Positions 49,625 to 61,140 of a stretch of 64,000 nt of DNA are shown here, one piece after another. Both the position numbers and the translations under genes were made by a program. Numbering within the stretch: position 1 is the stretch's first letter; each line of letters opens with the position of its first letter. The DNA is taken from assembly GCF_004010195.1 (NCBI RefSeq), contig NC_057749.1, forward strand, positions 12,149,650 through 12,213,649, given 5' to 3'. The DNA is from Chiloscyllium plagiosum (Eukaryota). The notes under the pieces are model-generated. The model searched no databases. It was given only the letters and a program-made list of their open reading frames with translations, and was not told the origin of the DNA.

Positions 49625-50150
49625 TGGGTGCAAAAATAGAAATTGCTAGAAAAGCTCAGCAGTCTGGCAGCATCTGTGAAGAGAAGTCAGCATGAATGTT
49701 TTGAGTCAAGAGACCCTTCCTCTGATTTGATGGTAGCTGGAAAATGTTGGTTAATATGCAGGAGATAGGGTCGGGGAGATCGATAAGGAGTAAATGATAG
49801 GTGGGGATAAAGGCCAAAGAGGGAGAAGAGCATTTGGACAGACAAAGGAGTGGACAATGATCCAGCTAAGAGGGTGAACAGCTATTAATGGGAACTGTTA
49901 GTGGCTAACAATAGGTAGTGTGTAATAGCGCATGTGTAATACGTGATAACAAGGCTTGGTTTGCGGGGGTTGGGGTAAGGACATGGGAGAGCTCAAGCTC
50001 CAAAGTAACTCAACTCAATACTGAGTCCGGAAGACTGCAGGATCCCCAAGCAGAAAATGAAGTGCTGTTTTTCCAGTTTATGCTGAGCTTCGCTAGAGCA
50101 CTACAGCAAGCCTGAGGCAGAGATGGTGGCCAAGGAACAGGGTAATTTGA
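49625..50150 (-). mobile_element. Decayed PLE 3' end (family B-related); another small terminus lies at about 58355-58450
   Basis: Terminus similar to 41470-41560; 50020-50150 resembles the endonuclease C-terminus at 6800-6910. Confidence 0.6.
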
Positions 50151-50599
50151 TGAAGCATTTCCAAGTAACTGGGGGTATCAGTTTCCAAGGAGTATTTTGA
50201 GATGTGTAGCTGGGACAAAGTTGGAGCCATTTGAACTTGCTCCCTGGAATAGCTACCATTCGGTCCTAGGATAAATCTTCAAATCAAGCAAAGCATGTAA
50301 AGAACCCCATTCAGGAGTATCAATCTATAGGCCTATTTAATGAAAACAGGAAAGGTTGTGGAGCACAAAGGATGAATACAGGTATGGAGGAAGAAGGCCA
50401 CCATGGTCATACAAAAGGGGTCATCAAAGATAGGTTAGCTGAATAAGAGGGAGATTAAGGAGCAAAGACAGTTTGACCTCAGGATTGAAAAGAAAGCAGG
50501 AGCCTTGGGCTCGAGTCCAAACTGCAGTCTATCTGCACCTGAGGTACAAAAACATTTCAAAAGTTTAGATGACATCAAAAAGACTAGATCAGTCAAAAT

Positions 50600-51170
50600 A
50601 TGGGGTCCTATTGAGGCATGAGCGCACAAACCAGGAGCAGGTTTGGTGCCTCAACTCTGCCACACTTCACAAGTTCATGTCTGATTGTAGCCCAATTCCC
50701 CTTTCCTGTGTACCTCCTATACTCTGTGACTCCCTTGTTGGTCAAAGATTTATCAGCTTCTCACTTAAAAATATTCAAAGGCTCTACTTCCACCGCACTC
50801 TGGAAAAGAGTTCCCCACACACAATCCTTGGAGGAAAAGAAATCTGCACATAACTGCCTTAAATAGAAGGCCCCTTGTTTTCAAACTGTGTCACCTAAGT
50901 TTGAGTCTTACAAAGGAGAAACAATTTTTAATATTCACCACTGTCAAGCTCCCTCAGGATTGTGTGTGTTTCAATAATATCACCTTTCATTTTTCTAAAC
51001 TCCTAGGATGGATACAGTCCCAATCTGTCAGACCTATCCTCATAAGATAACGCCCTTATATCAGCAATCAATTGAATAAACTTTCTCTGAACTGCTTCCA
51101 ATACAATTATGTCCCTTCTTAAATAAGAAAACCAACACATTACTCCAGATGTGGCCTCAATAATTCCCGA
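50600..51170 (-). mobile_element. Decayed CR1-clade 3' end
   Basis: Similar to the reverse complement of 9850-10290. Confidence 0.6.
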
Positions 51171-51454
51171 GTTATTAACAAGAAGCTGCTGGGGGAGTTA
51201 CAGCAGCCACTAGTCAGTTAAAGGAGAAGCATAGTGCCAAGCAAGTGCATCCATTAAATTAGAATTGCTGGATACACAAATGAACTCATTTGAAGAATCA
51301 TGCACAGCAGACCCAGTCCATGACGAAAAAGACTAGAATTATAAACATGTCTGACTCTCATCTCAGCAACCAAGCCAGGTATTTCATTCACTCAACAGGT
51401 ATCAAAAAATATAAACATCAAACTTTTGATTCTCAGCATAAGTTACCAAAAAAA

Positions 51455-52690
51455 TTGACAAGGCAGAGCAGTAGACTTTAATGAAGTCTTGGACAAGATT
51501 CCACATGGTAGACTGATTAGTAAAGTTAGGTCACATAGGTTCCACGTGAGCTTGCCAACTGGATACATAATTGACTCAACAGCAGGAAACAGAGTAGTGA
51601 TGGAGGGTTGCTTTTCAGACTGGAGGCCTGTGACCAGCAGTGTTCAACAGGCATCGTTTCGGAGTCCTCTTTTGTTTGTCATTTGGATGAATTAGATAAA
51701 AATATAGAAGACTTGGTTAGTAAGTTTGCGGAAGACACCAAAATTGATGGCATAGTAGGCAGTGAAGAAGGTTTTTAAAATTACGAAGAGATCTTGATCA
51801 AACGGGTCAATGGGTTGAAAATGACAAATAGTGTTCAATCTGGATAATGTGAGTTATTGCATTTTGGTACAACAAATGGGGACAGAACTTATACAATTAA
51901 TGGCAGGGCCTTGGGTAGTGTTGTAGAACAGAGGGACCTACAGGTTCAAGTACATAATTCTTTGAACTTTCAGTCACATATAGACAGGGTGGTTAAAAAG
52001 ATGTTTAGCATGCTTGCCTTCATTGGTCAGTCCTTTGAGTATAGCAGTAGGGTTGTCATGTTGATATTGTGCAGGATATTGATGAGGCTGTGTCCTGTTC
52101 TGGTGATCCTGTTGTCGGAAGGAAAGGATCAGGCTGGAGAGGGTTCAGAAGAGATTTACCAGGATGTTGCCGGGTATGGAAGATTTGAGTTACACAGAAA
52201 GGCTGGGAGTTGTTTCACTGGAGCGTACGAGGTTGAGAGGTGATCTTATAGATGCTTTAAAATCATAGAACATTACAGCACAGTACAGGCCCTTCGGCTC
52301 TCGATGTTGCTCTGACCTGTCATACCAATCTGAAGCCCATCTAACCTACACGATTGCATGTACATCCATGATGTGTAATAGTAGGGTTAATGATAGGTGC
52401 TATTTCCCTAGGATGGGGGATTTCAAGACTGGGGAATACATTTTTAAAGTGAGAGAAGAGAGATTTAAAAAAAAGACATGAGTGCGGTGTGCGTATGGAA
52501 TGAACTTAAGAGGAAGTGGCAAATGTGGGCCCAGTTCCAACATTCAGAAGTCACTTAGATAAGTACATGAATAGGAAAGGTTTGGAGGGATATGGGGCAG
52601 GAGAAGCAGGTGGGACTAGTTTAGTTGGGCATTATATTTGGCATGGACTGGTTGAACCAAAGGGTCTGTTTCCTTGCTTTGTGACTCTAT
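51455..52690 (+). mobile_element. CR1 RT and 3' UTR, with a short minus-strand CR1 tail inserted at about 52264-52370
   Basis: DKIPHGRLISKVRSH, KFAEDTK, HFGTTNGDRTYTING. Confidence 0.88.
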
Positions 52691-53757
52691 CAGGTGGTCA
52701 AGATTTAGATATAAATATATTGGCTTTGACTAATAGCAAGTTCAATTCAACAGTCGATAAATTTGATTTGTAGTCTTCTTTGATCCAGGCACATAAGTGG
52801 ATGTCTTTACCACTCACAGTTACACAACTTTAATGAAGAAGGGTCCTTGTGACAAGCTACAATCATTGCTGAGTCCCAGGATTTTCAGCTACCAAGTAAT
52901 TAGTCTGTTTGACTCAACAACTAATCCTTTAATTATATGTTGACTGAGGTTGGGTGCAAGAATTGCCATAGTTTCTGAACAGTTTTCAATGTAAGGAAAA
53001 AGAAGTGTTTCCAGAAAGCATGAAAACATACCTGCCTGAGTTAGTGATAGTCACCATGGAATCAGATTTTCTTTACACGCAGATAACATCCAATTCTACT
53101 TCTCCACCACTTCAGTTGTGCAAACACAAGTGTCTCGTCAGATTACCTGCCTGATATAAGTCATGTATTAGTCAAAATTTCTTCCAATTGAACAGCAGGG
53201 AGACCAATTGCAACCGTTACCCTTCAGTGCTCGACTCTTTCAGCCTAAACCAAACTGTGCAAACTCTATACAACAGGATTAAGTTTAGAATTCTAGATCT
53301 AATACCTCCTCCATTACCACTTAGCCTTACTTTTACAACTATTTTCACCCCTATCCCACAATTGCTGCCAAAATTTGTAACCTATATTTAGCCACTCCCG
53401 GACCTGATTTATCCAATATCTGCCGAACCATCTCTTACCTTCTTGTACTCGCTTGCATTGAAAAATGAATTCAATAACTTTTTAAGAAAGTGCATGTGGT
53501 CAATTTTGGGGACACTTTGAAAGAAATACAGCTTATATGGACTTCTTAAACACTGGATAAGGGACCATATAGGAGTATATTAACATGTGCAACCCACAAA
53601 CATTACCCTTCTAAACCTCTCATCAGTTTCCTTACTATGATTGAGTTAATAACAGGAATCCATTTAGTCTGCTGCTAAAATAAAAACAGAAAGAAGAGAC
53701 TATTGCTATTTTCCTTTTATCTTTCTCATTTGTTTTAGTTTGGAACTGAGTGTCGAA

Positions 53758-54026
53758 ATTATAGAATCCCTACAGTATGGAAGTAGGGCATTCGACCCAT
53801 AGAGTCCACACCGACTCTCCAAAGCACATCCCACTCACCTATTTTATCCCCATAATCCCACATTTCCCATGGCTAATCTACCTAGCCTGCACAACTTTGG
53901 ACAGTGGGAGGAAACCCATGCAGTAACAGGGAGAACGCACAAACTTCACACAGACAGTAGCCCAAGAGTGAAATCGAACCTGGGTCACTGGCACTGTGAG
54001 GCTGCAGTGTTATCCACCGTGCTGCC
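53758..54026 (-). mobile_element. HE1-like SINE
   Basis: Reverse-complement SINE with B box GGTTCGATTTC. Confidence 0.85.
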
Positions 54027-55193
54027 AAAGTTAATAAGTGAACTTTGAACAGGAGTTTGTTTTAAAAGAGAAGAGAACAAAGATAGATGCTTTCTGCTGG
54101 GAACTGGTCTGGAAGATACTGCATCTTTATTACTGATTAAGGACTCTATCAGTGCTGAGTTGATGCTATGCCCAGGGCTAGTAGCTGGTTGGCTGTTGAG
54201 TTGGTCAATCAAGGATGAACTGGTTCTGACTCAGGTTAGCAGGAGGCAGTGATTCTTTGGAGACTTCCAGAGACTGTGCTGCTTTGTTTAGCTCTCTCTC
54301 CAGTTATCCAAGAGTGAATATGTAGACATGATACTTGGGTAATTACATAGTCATTGTGTTAAGGGTTTATTGGGGCAAATTCCTCGAAATGTATCCAGGG
54401 GAGCTTTTTAAGACCATAAGACATAGGAGCAGAAATCAGGCCATTCAGCCCAGAGAGTCTGCTCAACCATTCAATAGTGGCTAATAGGTTTCTCAACTCC
54501 ATTCTCCCGTTTTCCCCCTGTAATCTTTGATTACTTTGATACTCAAAAACCTATTTCATTCTTAAATACACCCAATCAATACTCATAAATATATTCTATC
54601 GATACGGAGAAGGTCCGACAAGAATCTGGTTCTGTGGAAAAGAATTCGGACAAATGTTTGATATGGCAGTCCGGGTACATTTAGGTAATGGGAACCACAA
54701 CATGATATATAGTTCAAATTTATTCTGGATAAGAAAAAAGATGGCCTGCAAAAGACGCTTTGGATTGGTGGAAGGCAGATTTCATTACAATAAAGCAGGA
54801 TTTCGCCACTAGACTGGGAACAGCTCCTTGCAGGTAGATCTACAGCAGAGCAATGGCGGGGGGGGGGGGGGGAGGAGGAGACCGGGGGTGGGGGGGACGC
54901 ATTCAGAAAGAAGCAAGAGGGAGTACAGGTTCAACATGTACTCTTTAGAGGGAAATGTAGCATCAATTAGTTCACAGAACCCTGGATGACTAGGACATTT
55001 CAGGACTGGATATAGAAAAGTCAGGCTTTTAGCAAGTCCAAAGGGAGCAATTCAACTGTGGCCTTACAGGAATACAGGAAGTGCAGGAGAGAACTTAAGA
55101 ACACAATTTGAAGAGCAAAAGGGAAGCATGAGAAAGGACCTGCATACAAGATTACAGAGAATCCTAAGATAGTCTGTAAATACATGAATTTAT

Positions 55194-55510
55194 GGGCAGC
55201 ACAGTGGCACAGGGGTTAGCACTGCTGCCTCACAGCGCCAGAGACCCGGGTTCAATTCCCGCCTCAGGCGACTGACTGTGTGGAGTTTGCACGTTCTCCC
55301 CGTGTCTGCGTGGGTTTCCTCAGGGTGCTCCGGTTTTCTCCCACAGTCCAAAGATGTGCAGGTCAGGTGAATTGGCCATGCTAAATTGCCCGTAGTGTTA
55401 GGTAAGGGGTAAATGTAGGGGTCTGGGTGGGTTGCGCTTCGGCGGGTCGGTGTGGACTTGTTGGGCCAAAGGGCCTGTTTCCACACTGTAATGTAATCTA
55501 AATCTAATCT
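55194..55510 (+). mobile_element. HE1-like SINE, best-preserved copy
   Basis: A box, B box GGTTCAATTCC (55249-55259), central core, (aatct)n tail. Confidence 0.92.
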
Positions 55511-56362
55511 GAAGGGAAGACGTTAACCAAGGAAAGAGTAGAGTCCACTAGGGATATTGGAAGAATTTTGAATGAATACTTCTCTTTAGTTTTTATTCTG
55601 GATAAGACAATGCTGGAGTGAAATTCAGGAAAAGAGACTATGGAGAACTCGCACAATTTGACATAGGAAATGGGGAGGTATTGGAGGCTTTGTTGGGCTT
55701 AAAAACAGACAAATCCCCTGGCTCGGATGAAATGCACCTCCAGCTACTGTGGGAGGCAAGGCAGGAAATTGCAGGAGCTCTGACACAAATTTTTAATTCC
55801 TAACTGGCCACAAGGGAAGTGCCAGAGAACTGGAGGATGGACAATATGGTTCCACCTTTTAACGACAGTAGTAGATATTACAGGCTGGTGAGTTTCAAGT
55901 CATGGTAGGGAAACTATTGGAGAAAACTCTGAAAAAATGAATTACAACCACTTGGAAAGGCATGGGTTAATTAGGGATAGTCAGTATGGCTTTGTCATAT
56001 GGAGGTCTGACAAATGTTAGAATTCTTTGAAAATGTGATCTAGTGTGTGGATGAGGAAAATTCAGTTTATGTAGTTTATATCAATTTTAGAAAAGCTTTT
56101 GACAAAGATCCAATTGGGAGAATGATTGAGAAGGTTAAAGCACATGGAATTAAGGGAATTTGGCAAGATAGATCAGAAACTGGTTTAGTAATAGGACAAA
56201 GGGTAGTGGTAGAAGGCTACTTGAGTGACTGGAAGGCTGGTGTCCAGCAGTGTACTGCAAGGATCAGTACTGAGACCATTGTTGTTTGTTACATACATAA
56301 CTGATATAGATAAAAATGTGGGGGGAATGTCAAGCAAACTTTGCAAAACACCAAATCTGCTA

Positions 56363-56593
56363 TTGTTGTGGTTCTGTTCGCCGAGCTGGGAATTTGTGTT
56401 GCAGACGTTTCGTCCCCTGTCTGGGTGACATCCTCAGTGCTTGGGAGCCTCCTGTGAAGCGTCCTCCAGCATTTATAGTGATTTGTATGTGCCACCTAGA
56501 CAGGGGACGAAAAGTCTGCAACACAAATTCCCAGCGCGGCGAACAGAACCACAACCACGAGCACCCGAGCTACAAATCTTCTCCCAAACTTTG
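56363..56593. mobile_element. Fold-back PLE family C element
   Basis: Arms at about 56366-56428 and 56491-56554; 13-bp TSD ACCAAATCTGCTA (56350-56362 / 56594-56606); homologous to 11570-11680. Confidence 0.88.
56401..56440 (-). ncRNA. Minimal hammerhead ribozyme motif, intact core
   Basis: Minus strand GCA-CTGAGGA-T-GTC A CC CAGACA GG G GAC-GAA-ACGT-C/TGC; helix I GCA:TGC, predicted cut between 56404 and 56403. Confidence 0.72.
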
Positions 56594-57086
56594 ACCAAAT
56601 CTGCTAGAATGGATAATAGCAAAGAAAATGGATGTAGGTTACAGGAAGATACAGATGGGTTTGTCAGACGGGCAGAGCAGTGGCAGATGGTATTTAAGCC
56701 TGGTAAGTGTGAGGTGATGCACTTTGAAAGAAGAAACAAGATGAAGGAGTACTGGGTTCAGGACATTGGGTAGCTTAGAGGAACAGAAGGTATTATTCAC
56801 AGATATCTGAAATCTGCAGAGCATGTGAATTGGACAGTTAAGGAGGCATGTGGAACATTTGCTTGCATTAGTCATGGGATAGTGTATAAGAGCAAGGAGG
56901 TAATGTTGGATTGTACAAAGCATTGGTCAGGCAACAATTGGAGTACTGTATGCAGTTCTGGTCACTTCACTACATCAAGGATATGACAGTACTAGAGGAG
57001 GTTCACCAGAATGTTGTCTGGGTTGGAGAAATGGAGCCATAAGGAGAGAATACATAGACTTGGATTTCTTTCTTGAGTGCACAGAT

Positions 57087-57405
57087 GATTAGATTAGATT
57101 AGATGCCCTACAGTATGGAAACAGGCCCTTCGGCCAACAAGTCCACACTGACCCTCCAAAGAATAATCCACCCAGACCCAGTCCCCTACCCTATATAGAC
57201 CCCTGACTAATGCACCTAACACTACGGGCAATTCACCTGACCTGCTCATCTTTGGATTATGGCAGGTTACCGGAATACCCGGAGGAAACCCACGCACTCA
57301 CTGGGAGAATGTGCAAACTCCACACAGTCAGTTGCCAGAGGTGGGAATTGAACTTGGATCCCTGGCGCTGTGAGGCAACAGTGCTAACCACTGAGCCACC
57401 ATGCG
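57087..57405 (-). mobile_element. HE1-like SINE
   Basis: Reverse-complement SINE with (aatct)n tail. Confidence 0.9.
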
Positions 57406-59379
57406 ATGACTGAGGGGGGACATGATTGAGGTGTACAAGGTTACGAAGGGAATGGACAGGGTGAATAGAGAGCAACTGTTCCCCTTGGTTTAGGGGTCAA
57501 TCACAAGAGGGTATAACTTTTGGAAAAGGGGTAGGAAATTCAGAGGGGATCTGGGAAAAAAAAACTTTTCACTCAGCAGGTGGTGGGACTCTGGAATGCA
57601 CTGCATGGGAAGGTAATGGATGCTAGAAACCTTAGAACCTTTAAAAAAAATTGAATGACTACTTCAAATATTATAACATTCAAGCATATGGGACAAGTGC
57701 AGGAAATTGGTATTAGCACACTTTTAATAGTAGCTTTATCAACACAGACTCAATGGGCTGAAGGGTCTTTTCCACATTGTACAAATTCATGAATCAACTT
57801 GTTGAAAGTTCAAAGAAAAGAACCCCAATCTGTAAGAAATTGGAGGGTCAGTGTGGACTTGTTGGGCCTGTTTCCATACTTCTGAAAATTTGAAGTTGTT
57901 TGCACTAACTTGTGACTTCAGAATTCAAGCAAGATATAGAACATACGAACATAACATATGCAGTTCTACTTGTCTGTGAACAGCCTATTGTCCAATGATT
58001 TCATGAATGCCTGGTATCAATCATTGGAAACTGGTTGTTTTATTTTCTTTGTTAATTTATCCCTTAACTGTGTCTGTCTTTGTGCAAAAGGGGGTTTATA
58101 ATTAAAAAAGGGCTTTAGATTGTAGATATTAATCAGATTACCTTATTGCTTACTTGTGTTCTGCTAAAGTTTCATTAGTAATAATAAACTGTTAACTTTT
58201 GTTTTAAGTTATAAAGTCAGTGTCCAAGATCCGTTATTCATAAAATCAGATTAGCAGCAATTGGGCAGTTTGGAGGGTTATTGAATGTTTTAACTTCACT
58301 GTACTGGGAATCCAGTGACAGTGGGGCTGATTTGGTTTGGCTTGGCCTGTGTTGCAGCAAGAAAGTACTGGAGAAACTCAGCAGGCCTGGCAGTGGCTGT
58401 GGAGAAAGAAGTAGAGTTAACGTTTCAAGTCCAGAACAACTCTTGCAAAGATTTTTGTTTAATTTGTCTGCTTTCATAATGTTTCTCTTCAAACAACATT
58501 CCTGAAAAATCAATTCAACAATTATACTTAGTCCATTTAAAGATGGAGAAGTTACAAAAAGGTATTATTCAAATATTGCAAGGGGTGAAGGATTTCAATT
58601 ATTATGGGAAAAGCAGTGGTCCAGGAAAGATTAGTGTTGGCGTGATGGTGTTCAAATTGACAAGGGTTTTGGTAAAGGTATATTGGAAGAAACTAATTTC
58701 ACTGGCAGGAAGGGTGGTAACCAGAGGATAGCCTTACTGTAACTAGCAAGAGAGCCATAGGAGAAATATGTAGATTTACTTTCACAGCAGATTATTAATG
58801 ATCGTGGATGACCAGGCTAAAAAGGTGTAGTGAAACCTGATTTATAGTAAAAGAGAACTGAACGTACAGTTGAAAAGGAAAAACGTGCTATGGGGAAAGA
58901 GATGGGAGAGTAAGACTAATTGACGAACACTTTCAAAGAGTCAGCAAGCAGAATGGACCAAACGGTCCCGTTCTCAGAGTCATAGAGATGTACAGCACGG
59001 AAACAGACCCTTTGGTCCAACTCGTCCGTGCCGACCAGACATCCTAACCTAATCTAGCCCCAATTGCTCTACTTTGTAAAATTCCATTAATATGGTAAAC
59101 ATTGCCACAGAAGTTTCACTATTCTACAAAAAATGTTAACATAGAACAGTACTACGGTGTATGCACTTCCAAATATTCATGCCAATTTATCAAACACTGA
59201 TTAGATTGTTCCTCATCACTTTCCAGCAAAAAAAAAAGCATTAACAATAAAGACTTCAATTCAAAGCTTTTATTTTTACTTTCAAGTAATTTCAAAAGGT
59301 AAGAAAAATATCTGAAGATAATATGTTTAACATCAGGATTTGATCTACAGAACTGGGATGTCGGAAACGGTGCACATAA

Positions 59380-61140
59380 TGTCTGTGTTGGGTAAATTGT
59401 TAGAGGGGATTCAGAGATGCAGGATCTAAAGACATTTAGAGATGCAGGGACTCATTTGGGACAATCAGCATGGCTCTGTGCATGGGAAATAAATATCACA
59501 TGTATCTGATTTTTTTTGAAGGGGTGACCCAGAAAGTAGATGAAGGCAGTGCAGTAGGCGTTATCTACATTGATTTCAGCAAGACCTTTGACAAGGTACC
59601 ATATGGTGAGCTACCATATGGTGAGTAAGGTTAAATCTCACAGCAAACAGGGAGAGCTGGCCAACTGGATATTAAACTGGCTTGAAGGGAAAAGACAGAG
59701 GATGATGGTAGACAGTTGGTTTTCATACTAGAGGCCTGTGACCAGCAGTGCCACAAGGATAGGTGCTGGTTCCAATGCTTTTTGTTGCTTTTATAAATGA
59801 TTTGAATGAGAATTGAGGAGGTATGGTTAGTGAAATTGCGGATGACACCATAATTGGTGGTATAGTGGACAGTGAAGAAGATTATCTGGGAATACAGCGA
59901 GATCTTGATCAACCAGAGTTTAATTTAGATAAATGCAAAGTGTCGCATTTTAGTAGGTCAAATTAGGGCAGGGTTTACAATAATAAATGATAGGGTCTTG
60001 GGGAGTGTTAAAGAACAAAGAGGTATATGAGTACAGGTTCATAGCTCCTTGAAAGTGGAGTCACAGGTAGACATAGGGTAGTGAAGTCAGCTTTTGGCAT
60101 GCTTACCTTCACTGGTCAGAGCACTGAGTATACAAATTGGGACATCGTTTGCAGCAGTACAAGATGTTGGTGAGGCCATATAAGAGTATACTACATAGGA
60201 GAAGTAGTTAAGCCATTCAGCCCATCGTTTGCTCCACCATTCAATCATGGCTGATAAGTTTCCCAATGCCATTCTTCCACTTTCTCCCTGTAACCCTTAG
60301 CCCCTTCACAATCAAGAACTTATCTATCTCTGTCTTAAATACCAACTGACCTGGCCTCCACAGCCTTCTGTGGCAATAAATTCCATAGATTCTTCTGGCT
60401 GAAGAAGTTTCTCCTTTTCTCAGTTCTAAAATGCCTTCCCTTTACTCTCAGGCTGTGCCCTCTGGTCCTAGTCTCTCCTACCAATGGAAACATCTTTCCA
60501 ACATCCACTCTGTCCAGCATCCAGTATTCTGTTAATTTCAAACAGATCCCCCTCATCCGTCTAAATTCCATTGAGTACAGACCCGGAGTCCTCAAACATT
60601 CCTCACTTCTTACACATATGGAGTACAGCATGCAGTTCTGGTCGCCCTATTATAAAAAGGACATTATTAAACTAGAAAGATGGCAAAAAAGGTTTACTAG
60701 TATGCTACCTGGACTGGAAAGTTAGAGTTATAAGGGGAGGCTGGATAGGCTGGGACTTTTATCACTGGATTGTTGGAGATTGAAGAGTGACCTTATAGAG
60801 GTATATAATATCATGAGAGGTACAGATAAAGTAAATAGCTAATAGCTTTTCCCCACTGAGGGGGAATTTAAAATTGGAAAGTCATAAGAGAGTTACAAAA
60901 AGGTCCAGAGGGGCAATTGTTTTCCAGAGAGGGTGGTGAGTGTCTGGAACAGAGGTAGTGGTGGAGGAGTACAATTTTGTCACTTAAGAAACAATTGGAC
61001 AGGCTCGTGGATGGGACAGGCATGGAAGGATATGGACCAAACGCAGACAAATGGGACTAGGTTAATTGTAAAAACTGAGCAACATGGACAAGTTGGGCCA
61101 AAGGGCCTATTTCCTGATTGTAAACCTACAGGACTCTACA
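59380..61140 (+). mobile_element. CR1 RT and 3' UTR with a nested minus-strand CR1-clade 3' end (about 60197-60605)
   Basis: IYIDFSK.FDKVP, IADDT; the insert encodes GLYSMEFRRMRG..TRGHSLRVKG. Confidence 0.85.

Larger units (their letters stand above)
54720..57790 (+). mobile_element. Degenerate CR1 ORF2 and 3' UTR hosting two SINEs and a PLE fold-back
   Basis: KTDKSPGSDEMH, VVYINFRKAFDK, WQMVFKPGKCEVMHF. Confidence 0.85.

Noticed and set aside
53025..53160. Possible minus-strand exon bounded by repeated TACCTGCCTGA
   Set aside because: Donor-like sites are present, but the polypyrimidine tract is poor and there is no coding similarity.
54856..54897. G-rich tract as a functional G-quadruplex or promoter
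   Set aside because: It is an expanded G run inside a decayed CR1 with no CpG island, and homopolymer length is unreliable in assemblies.
55194..55270. tRNA genes
   Set aside because: The A/B-box regions are SINE heads continuous with the SINE body and tail; there is no complete cloverleaf.
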